A DNA stretch of 64,000 nt, taken from Raja brachyura. Taxonomy: Eukaryota. The position numbers were made by a program, and so were the translations under genes. Location: assembly GCA_963514005.1 (NCBI GenBank), contig OY740811.1, positions 27,838,001 to 27,902,000 on the forward strand, in the 5' to 3' direction. Below the pieces are notes generated by a model. The model was not told where the DNA came from. It saw only the letters and a program-made list of their open reading frames with translations, and did no database searches. Positions 50,198-63,745 of the stretch are shown in pieces; position 1 is the stretch's first letter, and each line of letters starts with the position of its first letter.

Positions 50198-50950
50198 GGG
50201 TAGGAAAGAACTGCAGATGCTGGTTTAAATCGAAGAGAGAGTCTCTGGAAGGAAGGAATGGGTGACGTTTCGGGTCAAAACCTTTCATCAGGCTGATGTC
50301 AGGGGAGTGGGCAGGACAGAGATAGAATGTAGTCAGAGACAGTAAGACTGGTGGGAGAACTGGGAAGGGGGAGGGGGTGAAGAGAGTGGGAAAGCAAGGG
50401 CTATTTGAAGTTAGAGAAGTCAATGTTCATACTGCTGGGGTGTAAGCTACCCAAGTGAAATATGATGATCTGTTCCTCCAATTTGCGCTGGGCCTCACTC
50501 TGACAATGGAGGAGTTAAAGTAGTGAGCAACCGGGAGATCAGATAGTTGAGCGGACTGAGCGGAGGTGTTCAGCGAAATGATTGCCAAGCCTGCGCTAGG
50601 TCTCACCGATGTACAGAAGTTGACACCTAGAACAGCGGATACAGTAGATGAGGTTGGAGGACGTGTAAGTGAACCACTGCCTCACCTGAAAAGTCTGTAG
50701 GAGTCCTTGGATGGAGTCGAGGGTGGAGGTAAAGGGACAGATGTTGCATCTAGTGTGGTTGCAGGGGAAAGTACCTGGGGAGGGAATGGTCTCTGTGGAA
50801 AGCAGAAAGGGGTGGAGATGGGATGATGTGGCCAGCAGCAGGATCCCGTTGGAGGTGGCGAAAGGAGGATGTTGGAGGATTAGATGCTGTGTGCGACGGA
50901 TGATGGGGTGGAAGGTGAGGACAAGGGGGACCCGGTCATGGTCAGTAGGG
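50198..50950 (-). mobile_element. Penelope-like element 3' part (GIY-YIG remnant) with hammerhead in pseudo-LTR (50264-50291)
   Basis: ORF 50596..50970 contains RVPLVLTFHP...NLIYCIRCSRCQLLYIGET. Hammerhead reads CTGATGA-A-AGGTT-TT-GACCC-GAAACGTC. Confidence 0.88.
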
Positions 50951-53067
50951 CTCCCTAGATTTTGTTGCACTCATCATAACAACCGTCTGGATATATTGGC
51001 ACAAAACTGGCACAATTAAGTCCATAAAGATACCATGGCACAGTAACAGGGAATGTATTAATCCCTGCAGCACTGGGATGGAATCAGTACCAGTGAAGCT
51101 CTGGTGATCCACTACCTGCAGCTATCTACTAGAGGGAAAATAGTTCCCTTTGATTAAATGGCCTCAGCAACCACACTGAGAACCATTTTGTGGAGATAAC
51201 ATTTTTGTTTCCAATTCTGGAGGGATGCAGACACAGAAAAACCTAAAGTCACATGCTGATCACTAATTATGCCTTTGTTTCTCTGCTAGAAATTGTGTTT
51301 CACTGAATAGTGTTGATTTTGTAACTACACTACGTAACTACTACTAAATCTTTGGGAAGATCTAAAATCATGAAAAGGCACTATGTAATTGTAAATTTTC
51401 TTTCATAATTCATGAAAACAGATTTTTGTAAACTAGACCATCTCACAGAAACGCAGATATCAATTCAACATGTGAAATAAGAAAGGATAGCAGTTACAGT
51501 AACTCAAATAGAATAATGAAACAATTTTTCCCTTAGTAATAAATGGAATGAGGTTAATTTCTGCAGTTATCAAATATTGCACACTCCTTCCTAGTTTACA
51601 CTAACTAATTTTTTTTTAAATCTGCAAACTATCCATCAATTCACTCAAACAAACACCTCCTGCATTTGATGCTAAATTCAGTGCTCTGGGAAAGTAATAA
51701 GACAGCTGGAAGCAATTACATTGCCTACAATTTTAAAACTAAAAGATTTGGACTGACGAAACAGTATTTCTTTTGTTATTCAGATAAGTGGTTTCTCCTT
51801 GAGCAAATCCCAAACTACCTGTCTGCAATTCCAAGGGGAAGCTACATAAAACTATATCAGTAAGGGAGTACACACACAACCCACCCTCACCTCAGGATAT
51901 CAAAATAAGTCATTAACGTCACAAAATACTTTTATCAGAGCTCTGCAGCTCGCCCATAAGTTAACATGGGACAAACATAAAATAATAACGGCAACAATTA
52001 ATTTGTAACTTTGATAAGATTGCACATTTTGACAATAATAACATGGATTAAATGTTCATTTGTCCTTAAAAACACCATGCACCTTTAGTTCTCAAGTAAA
52101 TTATTACTATAAAAACATGCTATGTGTTCAAAGAAAAAATGTTATTTGTGGTGAGTTACAATAGTTAAACATTGATGAGTTAAGAGGCCCAAATAATTTA
52201 TCTGTATTCTCTCATCCTAGAAATGTAACTAATGTAGAAAAAATGTTACACCATTTTTATTTATGCACATTATTTAACACATACATAATTATTTTCACTT
52301 CAGGTTTACTGGGGCCAAAGGGATTGTTTAGATTAGTCCCCAAATCCTCATCTTTTCCCACTGAACCTTCCTATTAAAATGCAAGATGTAACTGTCCATT
52401 TTTTGTTTTTCCTCCCACCATCCTGGGCCCCAATTAATCATTCTTAATAAAACAAATTACTTCTTCCATATGTGGTATTCACTGCTGCCATTGTGGCCTT
52501 CTCTACACTGGGAAGACCTAATGTAAACTGCATGCCCACTTTGCAGCACATCTCTTTTCTCTCAGTAAATGAGACTCCAAAATTACATAATCTGTCCTCT
52601 AACTCGCTGACCCATGACCAAAGTTCTATCCTTAGCCTCTTAGACCTCAACTTCATGTTGGACATTTTTCAACCATTGGCACCAACACAAGTTCAACAAT
52701 TTCTGATAACAAAACTGCTACCTTTACTGACACTTCCTCGAATCACACCTCAATTTTTTTTTTAAATCAGAGAATATTGGCCTCACTGACAAAAATCACC
52801 ATTTAATACCCATTCCAAATTACCCTGGGAAAGTGTAATAATCTAATCAGTCTTTGTGATTAAATTACCCTCCCTTGTTTCTTTCCTCATCATCCCATTT
52901 TCCACAATTCAGCACTTGCTTAAAGCATCTAGCTATATCCAATTGTAATTAATAATCATCATCCTGACCCTGAGCTACTTTCACCATATTAATGTACTAT
53001 TTAACTTTGAGGTTGAGGAGTTGGTTCTCAACTTCTTCAATATAAACTTTATAGCCAGTAAATATAA

Positions 53068-54188
53068 AATGGGATCCAACGAGAGATAGCTGAATGGATA
53101 GCAAATTGGCTCCATGGAAGGAAGCAGAGGGCGATGGTGGAAGGTTGATTCTCAGACTGGAGGTCTGTTACTAGTGGTGTGTCTCAGGGTTCGGAGCTGG
53201 GCCCATAACTGTTTGTCATCTATATCAATGATTTGGATGGGAACATACAGGGCAATATTAGCAAGTTTACTGATAATACAAAAGTGAGTGGTTTTGCAGA
53301 CTGTGAAGATGATTGTGAAAGATTGCAGCAGGATCTGGATCAATTGGCCAGGTGGGCGGAGGAATGGTTGATGGAATTCAATACAGAGAAGTGTGAGGTG
53401 TTGCATTTTGGGACGCCAAACAAGAGCAGGACCTTCACAGTAAACAGTAGGCCTCTGGGTAGTGTTGTAGAACAGGGGGATCTAGGTGTACAAGTGCATG
53501 GTTCCTTGAAGGTCGAGTCGCAGATGGATAAGGTCAAAAAGACTTTTGGCACTTTGGCCTTCATCAGTCAGAGTATTGAGTATAGAAGTTGGGAGGTCAT
53601 GTTCCAGTTGTACAAGGCGTTGGTGAGACCGCATTTAGAATATTGTGTTGAGTTCTGGGCACCATGTCATAGGAAAGATATTGTCAAGCTTGAAAGGGTT
53701 CAGAAAAGATTTACGAGGATGTTGCCAGGACTAGAGGGTGTGAGCTATAGGGAGAGGTTGAGCAGGCTGGGTCTCTATTCTATGGAGCTTAGGAGGATGA
53801 GGGCGATCTCATAGAGGTATACAAAATCGCGAGAGGAATAGATAGGGTAGATGCACAGCGTCTCTTGTCCAGAGTATGGAAATTGAGGACTAGAGGACAT
53901 AGGTTCAAGGTGAAGGGGAAAAGATTTAATAGGAATCCGAGGGGTAACTTTTTCACACAAAGAGTGGTGGGTGCATGGACAAGCTGCCAGAGAAGGTAGT
54001 TGAGGCTGGGACGATCCCATCGTTTAAGAAACTGTTAAACAGGTACATGGATAGGACAGGTTTGGAGGGATATGGGTTAAACGCAGGCAAGTAGGACTAG
54101 TGTAGCTGGGACATTGTTGGCCGGTGTGGACAAGTTGGGCTGAAGGGCCTGCTTCCACGCTGGATCACTCTGTGACTCTATGACTCTA
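53068..54188 (+). mobile_element. Relatively young CR1/HER1 LINE, same subfamily as 46349-47703
   Basis: ORF 53233..53814 is an RT C-terminus (KFTDNTK, EFNTEKCEVLHFG, RPHLEYC). gactctat tail. Confidence 0.92.
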
Positions 54189-54540
54189 ATCTCAAGTGAG
54201 ACCAGTATGCTGGTCTTTTTCATTTAGCAACATAAAGCATTTCATCTGGTGAAAACTGCTGTACATCCTGTGCAAATTGGAAGAAGCATTTCCACATTAC
54301 AACTGTGGTAATAGTAGGTAGATTGCTACTCATGCACCTCTCCGCTCATCACATCAACCTGCTTTCTCTACCTTCACTGGGAAGTTGAGACCTTCTGCCT
54401 TAGTACATGGGTGAACGTTGAATTACTTCTAGCTGATTTTGCAGCAGAAAGCAAGAATAATTAGAACTTAGCTGATTTAAAATTGATAGAGTCAGGCCAT
54501 ATGAATAAGTACTCGGAGCTCAGCTTTCAAGTAAACATAC

Positions 54541-54648
54541 CTTTACTTTTACAACTGCTGGTGAGTATCTCAGGACATGGCAAACTGAAAGAATCACATT
54601 GTTCTTCGTGCACGCAGCAACAATTTCCTTACAATCATCAACAGTTAC
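54541..54648 (-). CDS. Oxidoreductase exon: VTVDDCKEIVAACTKNNVILSVCHVLRYSPAVVKVK
   Basis: Acceptor gttaaccag, donor gtatgt. 108 nt, phase 0-0. HVLRY motif in the expected position. Confidence 0.93.
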
Positions 54649-55880
54649 CTGGTTAACAGAAGAAACAAGATCAGCCGAGTTGTTTGAGAAATTGTACTCT
54701 AAAAGAAGTTTACATCAACAGAAATGTTCATAGTTCATGGGAGCAGAATTAGGCCATTCAACCCATCGAGTCTACCCCACCATTCAATCATGGCTGATCT
54801 ATCTTTCACTTTCAACCACATTCCCCTGCCCATAACCCTTTACACCCATACCGATCAAAAATCCGTTAATCTGCATCTTGAAAATATCCAAAGACTTGGC
54901 CTCCACCGCCATCTGTGGCAATGTTAGGAAATAGAGGAGGGTAAAGGAGGGTCACACGAGGTGAATATTTCAGATTAAGGTGATAATGTGCAAATTCAAG
55001 GGTCTGAAAAAACAGATCTTTAAATATTAAGGAAATCAAGGATTACGGGGTTAAGCAGCATTGATCAGCCATGATCTTATTGAATAGAGCAGCAGGTATG
55101 AGAAACCAAATGGCCTTAGTTTGTATTTTTTCACATCTTAGTTGGAATGCCATTAGCTTTACATGGTAATTAGTAGCTTGAACAACTTGGCAGAAAAGAA
55201 GTGATGCCAGGCTACCTGGCTTGTTTAAGGTTCTGGATGAGATTTTAAACGAAATATGATACAATACAATAAACTTTTCTCATCCCTGGTGGGAAATTGG
55301 TCTGCCAATATAGTGGAAGCTATTTATCAAACTAGCCTCACTGAATGGATCCACAAAAATCCCATCTCCTAATGACAGAATTTTCATGTTGAACTTCATT
55401 TACATAATAGTACAAAATTATTGTAATTGGAGATGAAGATACATTTAATTCAAATTTAAGTGAATAGCTTTTCATCTTAATCATAGTTAAGTCATAGTTA
55501 AGTTGACCATAATAACCAGTGGGCATAGTGCCAGGCCAGGCATCATCTGCACTTGTTCTGTGGCTGTAACTACTGGACATGTTCCCAGGGAAAATCTATC
55601 TTTCTATCCGATGTTTCACCCTCACCTACAATCTGCATTTTTGATCTAACCTGGCCATGGGTTGTCAATCCTTTTCTCCATCCCTTTAATGATTGCTCTT
55701 ACTTGAAAGGGCTCTGCATACTCTTCTCCAGCCGTCCATTTTACAGCAACTCTCAGAGCCTGCATTTTCTATTCATACCCAGGCTGCACAGTCCCACTGC
55801 CAAGTTATTTCAATTCTCTGACCTCCACTTATCTGAATTTATTTCCCCCCCCCCCCCCCCCATTGCTTTTTGGCCTCTAT

Positions 55881-57119
55881 AAGCGAGTTCAGTATTCCGA
55901 AAAATACAAGAAATCATGGGATTTGTCAATGGTCACTTGCTATAAAGAAAAAGCAAACAAAGTGCTGGCTGCATAAACTGTGTATAAATTCTTATCTTTA
56001 TTCATAATTTATGTGTAAAAATATATTTAATCTGAGGAACGGGGATGCCAGTTAGCGGGAGAGCGGTGTGGAACCGCGAGAGAGAAGGGGCAGATTCGTG
56101 TGGAACAGGGGGAGAGGCTGGACCGGTGGAGAGACATTCTCGGCAGCTGCGCGCAAACAGACCCACGCCTCATCCGCAGCCAGGATCGAACCCAAGTCGC
56201 TAGGCCGCAAGGGCTGCCAAACCGCCACTGGACCGTTCTCGTTCCACTCCCCACCCCGAGTGTCAGATCCCCACCCAGGGGGGCAGCCTGAGACGTCCGG
56301 AGCTACCCCAGACTGACGGGACAGCGGCCCGGAGCAGTGGCCCACAGGCCCACAGCCAGCGCAGAGTAGAAGCGCCAACTCCACTCTAACTCCCGAGGAA
56401 CCCGCTCCCCTACGGGCTGGGGACCGCCAGCCGCACCCCCTGCCCCAACCAGTGGCTGCCGGCCAACCCCCCCAGCACCGGCGAAAGCTGAGCACCAGCC
56501 ATCAACGGTGATACACACAAAATGCCACAGCAACTCAGCGGGACGGGCAGCATCCCCAGAGAAAAGGAATGGGTGACATTTCGGGTTGAGACCCTTCTCC
56601 AGAGATGTTGCCTGACCTGCCGAGCCACCGCAGCACCCCGTGTGCATGACCGGCGCTCGGCCCAGAGGGGGCCAACCGACAGGCACTAGACAAGGCGAGA
56701 GGCTCAGCTGATGGTGCGCAGCCTGCCGGGGAACATCCCCCCCGGGAGCGGAGCAGAGGCAAGCCGGAGGCAAGCCGGAGCCAGCCCCCCCCCCCCCCCC
56801 CCCCCGCCTGTTCAGGGCTGCCAGACAACCTGGCGGGACAGGCAGAGCCGAGCTGGAGCCAGCCCCTCCTCACCGCGCCGGCTGCAAGTCCGAGGCCACC
56901 ACTGCCCTGCCAGCCCAGGGCCACCCCGCACACCTACGGCAGCCCCCGGGACGGGACAGGGACGGCCCAGCAGCAACTCAACAGCGCCGGAGATCCGGGC
57001 CCGCCCCGACCACGGACGAAACGCAAGCCTGCACACAATGCAGCAGCACAGGTACTGAGAATGTTTATAGCTAGTGACCCATGACCTGGGCATACGCAGT
57101 CGCAATACCAAACTCGCTT
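55881..57119 (+). mobile_element. GC-rich non-autonomous DNA element with bipartite imperfect TIRs
   Basis: AAGCGAGTTCAGTATTCCGA matches the reverse complement of the right end, AAGCGAGTTTGGTATTGCGA, at 17/20. Subterminal 55931-55946 matches 57064-57079 at 15/16. Both ends are flanked by AT. Confidence 0.82.
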
Positions 57120-59659
57120 ATTCTCCTCTTCCTTTCTGTCTCTGTGCTTCTTTCTGCAGATTTTCCAACTCCTGTTGAGCTCGTTTTCCTTTCTTCCTCT
57201 TAACTCCCTTTCCTTCCTCACTAATTTGCCCCTCACACCCCACAGTCGATCAATATTTTGGCCCAAATATTAATAATTAGTCTAAGGTCGTCAGTACATT
57301 TTGTGGATGCAATCTCTACAACTAACACATCAGCCAAGTTCATAGTTCGCAAGGCACACAACAAACTGCCAGAAAACAAGATAAAGAGGAAGCCAACATT
57401 GTTTTTTACTTTTTTACCAGCTTTGATTATAGCCAGATATTTAATAGCATCTGCCAAATTACAACACCAAATCCCAGGGTTATGCTGATTTACAGGGATT
57501 AAGAGCTTGAAAGGTGACTCCAGATGTCTAGTTTACCAGAGCAATGGAACAATGCATTGTTATTACATGGTATCGTATTCCCCTTCTTACAATACATAAT
57601 CAACCTCTTTACTGAAAACACAGAATATATTTGTAATTAATAAAAACCTGGGTAGCAAATATTTTTCTATATAATTTCAGACTACTTGCTGTTATCCGTT
57701 TTATCCTCAATAATTCGTTTTTATTCACATGATAAAATTATTCCAGGGGAGAAACTGTCAGGCTTCAATTCCAGTGCAAAGCCTCATACATGGCCACTCA
57801 TAGTAAAGATGCTGCTTCATTTTCTAACCAATACTAGGCAATAACTTTTATCTTTCTGTGATAGAAATGGAGTCGGGTAAAATTGCCCACATGATTCCAG
57901 CTATTCCACTGTAGAGTTCCAAATGCTTTTGAAGAATGAAAGCATTTACATTATTATCCCTTAAACAGGTTTTTTCCCCCCATCTTTCTCCAGATGGTAT
58001 ACTAACTGCAAACATCTAGTTTTATTCTACTTTGCACTTGAGCTGGCCACCAGGGAATATATGAGGATGGGTTTGGTGACTCCCACCCATCTGTTCCATT
58101 TGATTTTAGGTATGTTTGTTTAGCTTTAGCTCTGCCTGTCAAACACGTGGGTATTTAGCATGAGAGGATCCAGTCAGGCACCGTTGCTTCAGTAATACAG
58201 CAAAGACGGACGTCTGCATTATTTTAACAAGTTGAGATTTCTTTAGGATTAGATCCTGGTTGCTTAAAGAAAGTTTCAATTTATTTGTTGAAAGAAAATA
58301 CTTATTCATAAATTAGATGAATAAATTTGAACAAAAATAAAAATATAATACAATTAATTTTGTATAATTCCCAAACAGAATTTTCTGTGGAATAAACATT
58401 TCAGTGTTTCGGAGTAGCCACAGTGAACAAACATCAGAGTTGTGCAACTAGAGATATTAGACGCAGGCTATACACAGTCATGTAGGTGGTCTGGATGAGT
58501 TTCAATCATCATGCTTTGACTTGCCAAGTAAACGGGCTCCCAGTGGTTTATTCTTTTAAGGGGATTTCACATGCTGACTCTTCAAGCGTTTCAATATTAA
58601 AGAAGTGTGGTCTGAGATAAATATCTGAGATAAATACCCAGATCAAAGTATTCAGCTGTGTATGAACGATGCCACAGCACACAATGAAATGGGATTGATG
58701 GATTACAGTAAATGGGCATTAATTCAAATGTTCCCCAGCAGAACTTGGGGACATACAGTACTTGGAGACACAAGCAGCTGTTGAAGAAGGCTCCCGACCC
58801 AAAATGTAGTTTATCAATTTCCCTCCACAGATACTGCCTGACTCACCCAGTTCTTCCAACACTTTATTTTTCTGCTCTGGGAAGTATCTTAATAAATAAT
58901 AATACAGATGTCAGAAACATTACTTCACCTTGATGAGCCAGCTGAAACCGGTGAACAGATCTCTATCTGAAGGGAACCCTTACTCAAATGAACCCATGCA
59001 CTGTGCACAAAAGGCACTGATGAATTAGACACATTTCTACTTCTCTTGAGATATTTCTGGCTGTCCTTGCATATATCTGGAATATCTTTGCAACCCAGAC
59101 AATAATTTATAAGGGCAAGGTATAATTCGACTTTGCAAGGAAAATGTAAAGAAATTGTTAAATGCCTTCAGTTGCCAAGGTTGTTGGCACTGGTATTCCC
59201 TTCAAAAGACATTTCTGGCCCTCCGTTTCTGCTCGACCAAGATATTATTTTGATCAAGCCTTTGGCCAGCTTTCCCAAGTAATTCTACATCATTTGGCAT
59301 AACTTTGATTCTGTTTGATAACACTCCAGTGAAGTGTCTTAAAACATGTACGATTTTAAAAGAACAATGTTATGACACCCGCTGACCCACTCCAGCTTTT
59401 TGTGTCTATCTTCGGTTTAAACCAGTGTCTGTAGTTCCTTCCTACACATGTTATGCCACCTGTTGTTGTTGTAGGTCTTAGGCTTCCATAGTAGTACCTA
59501 ATTTATCTTTGGTAAACTGGTGCCCAGTATGGCTGTCATGAAGAAATTAGATACTACAGTAGATGTTCAGTGTTCCTCATCTCCGCCCACAGTAGTTTAT
59601 AAAAAAATGTTGGATGACACCATAGCGCACTGCTTACTTTGGACATTTCTGGAAGAATT

Positions 59660-60440
59660 GTAGTTCATAAGTCATAGGAACAGAATTAGGCCATTTGGCC
59701 CATCAAATCTACTCTGCCATTAAATCGTGGCTAATCTATCTTTCTCCACCCTATTCGTTTGCCTTCTCCCTGTAACCTTTGACACTCTTACTAATCACGA
59801 ACGGCTTTAAAAATACCCAAGGACTTCCACAGCTATTTGTGGCAAGGATTCACCACCCGCTGGCTACAGAAATTCCTCCTCATCTCCTTTCTAAAGCACG
59901 TCCTTATAGTCCGAGGCTGTACTCTCTGGTCCTAGACTCTTCCACTCGTGGAAACATCCTCTTCACATACACTCTTACCCAGGCCTTTCATTATTCGGTA
60001 ACTTTCAATGAGATCTCCCTCATCTTTCTAAACTGCAGTGAAAACAGGCCCAGAGCCGTCAAAAGCTCATCATACATTTAGCCAATCCTCCCTGGGATCA
60101 TTCTCGTAAACCTGGTTTTATATTCAAGTCCTTTCCGAATGATTGCTAACATTGCTTCCTTACTACCAAATCAATCTGCAAATTAACCTTTTGGGAATTC
60201 TGCACCAGCGCTGCCAAGCCCCTTTGCACCTTCAATTTCTGAATCCTCTTCCCATTTAGAGAATATAGTCTACGCCTTTATTTCTCGAACCAAAGCGCAT
60301 GACCGCACACTTTGCAAAGTTGTATACCATCTGCCACGTCTTTGCCCACTCTCCCAACTTGTTGAAATAATTTTCAGACTCAGATTTCTCTACACTACCT
60401 GCTCCTCCACCTCTCTTTGTATCATCTGTAGATTTGGCTC
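59660..60440 (-). mobile_element. CR1/HER1 LINE 3' fragment
   Basis: Reverse-complement tail gttcataagtcataggaacagaattaggcc plus RT C-terminal remnants. Confidence 0.8.
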
Positions 60441-61446
60441 TAGCAATTTCCAGGTGTTAAATTAATCCGTCTATAATTTCTTGGGTTTTGCTTATTGTCT
60501 TTTTTGAAGTGAAGAAATATGCATTTTTCTAATTTAAAGCACAGGTTCCTAGATTGAAGAATTTCAGAAAATTATAGTTGAGTACGTGCAAAACAATTCT
60601 TTAAAATCCCAGGATGGAAACCATCTGGCTTTGAGGATTTGCCATCCTTTGGTGCCTTTACTTTCTCCATTACCATTTGTTTCATTTAGATTAATTTTAA
60701 TGGTTCTCTGTTGCAGATTCAATATTAGTTTATTCGAGTTATCCAGATGCTTTCTTTGTTCTTGAATACTGGTATAAAATAAATCATCCAAAGTGTCAAC
60801 CATTTCCTTTAAAAAAAAATTTACATTGAACGTTCTTATGGAACTCTCCTGATCATGGTCCTCTTCCCAAAACAGAAATATACTTTGTATTAATTTTGAC
60901 ACCCTTTGCAAGTTTTTTTTCATATTCACATTTTGTGACTCATAATATGTTCTATCAGGTTTTGTTGTCCCTTGTATTGCGCCAGTCACCAGGATCTGCA
61001 CTTGGTTTTAATTAGTAATTTTTTTAAAATTTCAGTTATCAGTCATTCCCATGTTGTTTACTTTGACTCTCTTTACAAGATGTTTTACATCCCAAGTATA
61101 AAGACAAGGGTGACACCTGCCCCAACTCTCTGCAAAACTGCCTTCAGTTCCTGCTGGGAGGTAGATATTCAGTAATGATTAAAGCCAACATGCTCTCACA
61201 CTCTCACCCACTTGGCTGAGATCAGAAATCACTACATGGAAATTACTTGTTTATATTCAACTAATTCTTGGAACAGAACCATATGACTTGCATAATCATT
61301 TAGCCTCAACATTTCCCATATATAGAAATTTTAGATTTGATTGAGTTTAGACATAAAACTGCTAGGCATGCTCTCTTCGTCTAACACAATTACATTTTGC
61401 TGCATCATAAATATTAACCTGTAGTAATAAAATAGTGAAGACCTAC

Positions 61447-61506
61447 AGCCATGGGTTTCTCCAGCAGGATGTGGTAGCCCTTTTCTGCAAATGCCACTGC
61501 TGGTTC
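61447..61506 (-). CDS. Oxidoreductase exon: EPAVAFAEKGYHILLEKPMA
   Basis: Acceptor atcatcag, donor gtaggt. 60 nt, phase 0-0. Contains the EKP motif diagnostic of the family. Confidence 0.95.
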
Positions 61507-62529
61507 CTGATGATTTAAATAAAAATATTTCAGCAAATGGATTACAACCAAAAAAACTCTAATTTAAGATGCAAACTGTATTACATGATAACACCATTGT
61601 CTGAGACAAGGGAAACAAAGTAGGAGAATAAAAACAATTTCAGTCTCACAGCTATCAATCCCCTGTTGTCATTCATGTACTAACATTTAACCTTCTTTAT
61701 AATCAGCTGCCTAAATCAATGAGTGACAGAGCCAAGTATGTTATGTATGATATCTGGTCTAAAGATATTTAGGTGACTCACTGGCAGAGTTCCAAATCAA
61801 CTTCTACGTTGGCCATAAAATGCTAATTTTAAGAAGAGGAACATTTACAAATGAAAAAAAACAAAATATTACAGATTCTGTAAATGGAATAAAGCCTTCA
61901 TCTTCGCCTCCACATTTTGTGGAATCTTCTCCAATGTGTCTGCACATCCAGCACTATGGCTCCATCAAATACATCTACTACTCCTCTTTCAGCATTTTGT
62001 TTATAACACAACATATTGGTCCACTCCTCAATCATATATTGGACTTGTGATGGCATTTCACCACAAAAAAAGCAATGGGGGAAACACCTGTCACCTCTCC
62101 ACTCTGAAGAGTCCCAAACATTTTTTGCACGTGAAACAGCAACTTATTCTACTTCTTTCAATTCAATAAGCCACATCCAATGCTCACGACACAGTCCCTT
62201 TACACTGGCAAAGCCAAAATTCAGATTGGATGTCCACTTTACAGAAATAATCTGTCTGTTCAGCCCACTACAGCCATGATGGTGTTACACACACCAACAC
62301 CATAGCAGTTAAAGTTTTTAGACTGGGGGAGTTATTCCCATCTTTACCCAGTGTATCACAGTTGAGTATTAAAGGGTGCTGATTTAATACAGGAATGTTT
62401 ATCCTTACACCAAAAAGAAAGGTTTCTCATAACCTTTATGACCTTACACTATTCTTTATCCATTGGTCATTCTGTTTGTATTAAGTGAACTGTTGATAAT
62501 TTACAATACACATGATTCTGCTTGTGTAC

Positions 62530-62603
62530 CTTGTGTTGTCTGTCAGGTGTTGCTATGACCACTGCATCTGCAAACTTCACCCGAGCGGCAGCTCCCCTCC
62601 AAT
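62530..62603 (-). CDS. Gfo/Idh/MocA-family oxidoreductase (YteT/StrI-like), first exon visible in window: (D)WRGAAARVKFADAVVIATPDRQHK
   Basis: Acceptor ttttctgaag, donor gtacac. 74 nt (2 nt + 24 codons). DAVVIATP..H is the typical Gfo/Idh/MocA N-domain motif. Confidence 0.92.
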
Positions 62604-62995
62604 CTTCAGAAAAAATAACAAATTTAACAAAATATATTGATGAAAATTAGATCTAATTAACTTTTTGCATTAAAAACAGTTTTATCTGAATTTGCTCACA
62701 GAATGCTCTAGGTAATTAATTATTCGGTAGGATTCAATGTGATCCCCTCTCATCCTAAATTTCAGTAATTACTAGCCTAGAGCCATCAAACGACCTCATA
62801 CATTAAACCAATCATCCAAGGATCTTTCTCGTAAACCTCCTCCAGACCCTCTCCTACGCCAGCACATTCTTCCCCAGAAAAGGAGCCCACAACTGCTCAC
62901 ACTATTCCAAATGTGGCCTGACCAGCACTTTAGAAAGCCACAGCATTACAACCTGTCTTTGAAATTCTAATCCTTTTGAAATGAATGTTAACATT

Positions 62996-63288
62996 GGGGC
63001 AGCACAGTGGCACAGTAGTAGTTACTGCCTTACAGCGCCAGAGACCAGTGTTTGATCCTGACTACGGGTGCTGTTTTATGGAGGTTGTACGTTCTCCCTC
63101 TGACCGCATTGGTTTCCTCCTGGTATTGCGGTTTTCTCCCACATTCCAAAGATATGCAGATTTGTAATTGGCTACTGTAAATTGCCCCTAGTGTGTAGGA
63201 TAGAACTAGTATATGGGTGATTGTTGGTCGGCGTGGACTAGGTGGACCAAAGCGCCTGTTTACAAGCTGTATATCTAAACTGAACTAA
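62996..63288 (+). mobile_element. HE1-type tRNA-derived SINE, near full length, inserted in a CR1 relic
   Basis: A-box-like gtggcacagtag, B-box-like gtttgatcc, V-SINE-like core, CR1-like 3' end with ctaaactgaactaa tail, and a short attg duplication. Confidence 0.85.
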
Positions 63289-63369
63289 ATTGCATTTGTC
63301 TTTGTCTATGGAATTAACCTTTTGGGAATCCTTTACTAGCACAATCAAGTCCCTTTGTACCTCCAATCT

Positions 63370-63745
63370 CCATTTCATAATTTTGGGTTGTAAGATACCG
63401 AAGTGAAATATGAGGAGTGTACCTCCAGATTGTGTGGCCTCACCCTGGAAGTGGAGGACACCCAGGACTGAGAGGTCAGTATGGGAATGGAAAGGGGAGT
63501 TTAAATGGTTTGCAATCAGGAGATCCCGTAGGCCTTGGCGGACCGAGCGCAAGTGTTCGGTGAAACGGTAACCAAGTTTACGCTTGGTCTTGCTGATGTA
63601 CAGGAGACCACATTGGGAACACCAAATGCAGTTGATGAGGTTAGAGGAGGTGCATGTGGATCCCCGTCTCACCTGGAAGTACCCCTAGGGTCCCTAGATG
63701 GAGGTGAAGGAGGTATAGGGACAGTTGTTACCTCTCCTGCAGAGC
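63370..63745 (-). mobile_element. Penelope-like GIY-YIG fragment
   Basis: ORF 63238..63672 contains SSNLINCIWCSQCGLLYISKTKR..RFTEHL. Confidence 0.8.

Noticed and set aside
60564-61001. 145-aa minus-strand ORF inside the gene
   Set aside because: It is AT-rich with no motif, adjacent to degraded CR1 sequence, and the flanking exons join without it.
62996-63070. tRNA gene
   Set aside because: This is a degenerate tRNA-like head of an HE1-type SINE with no cloverleaf.
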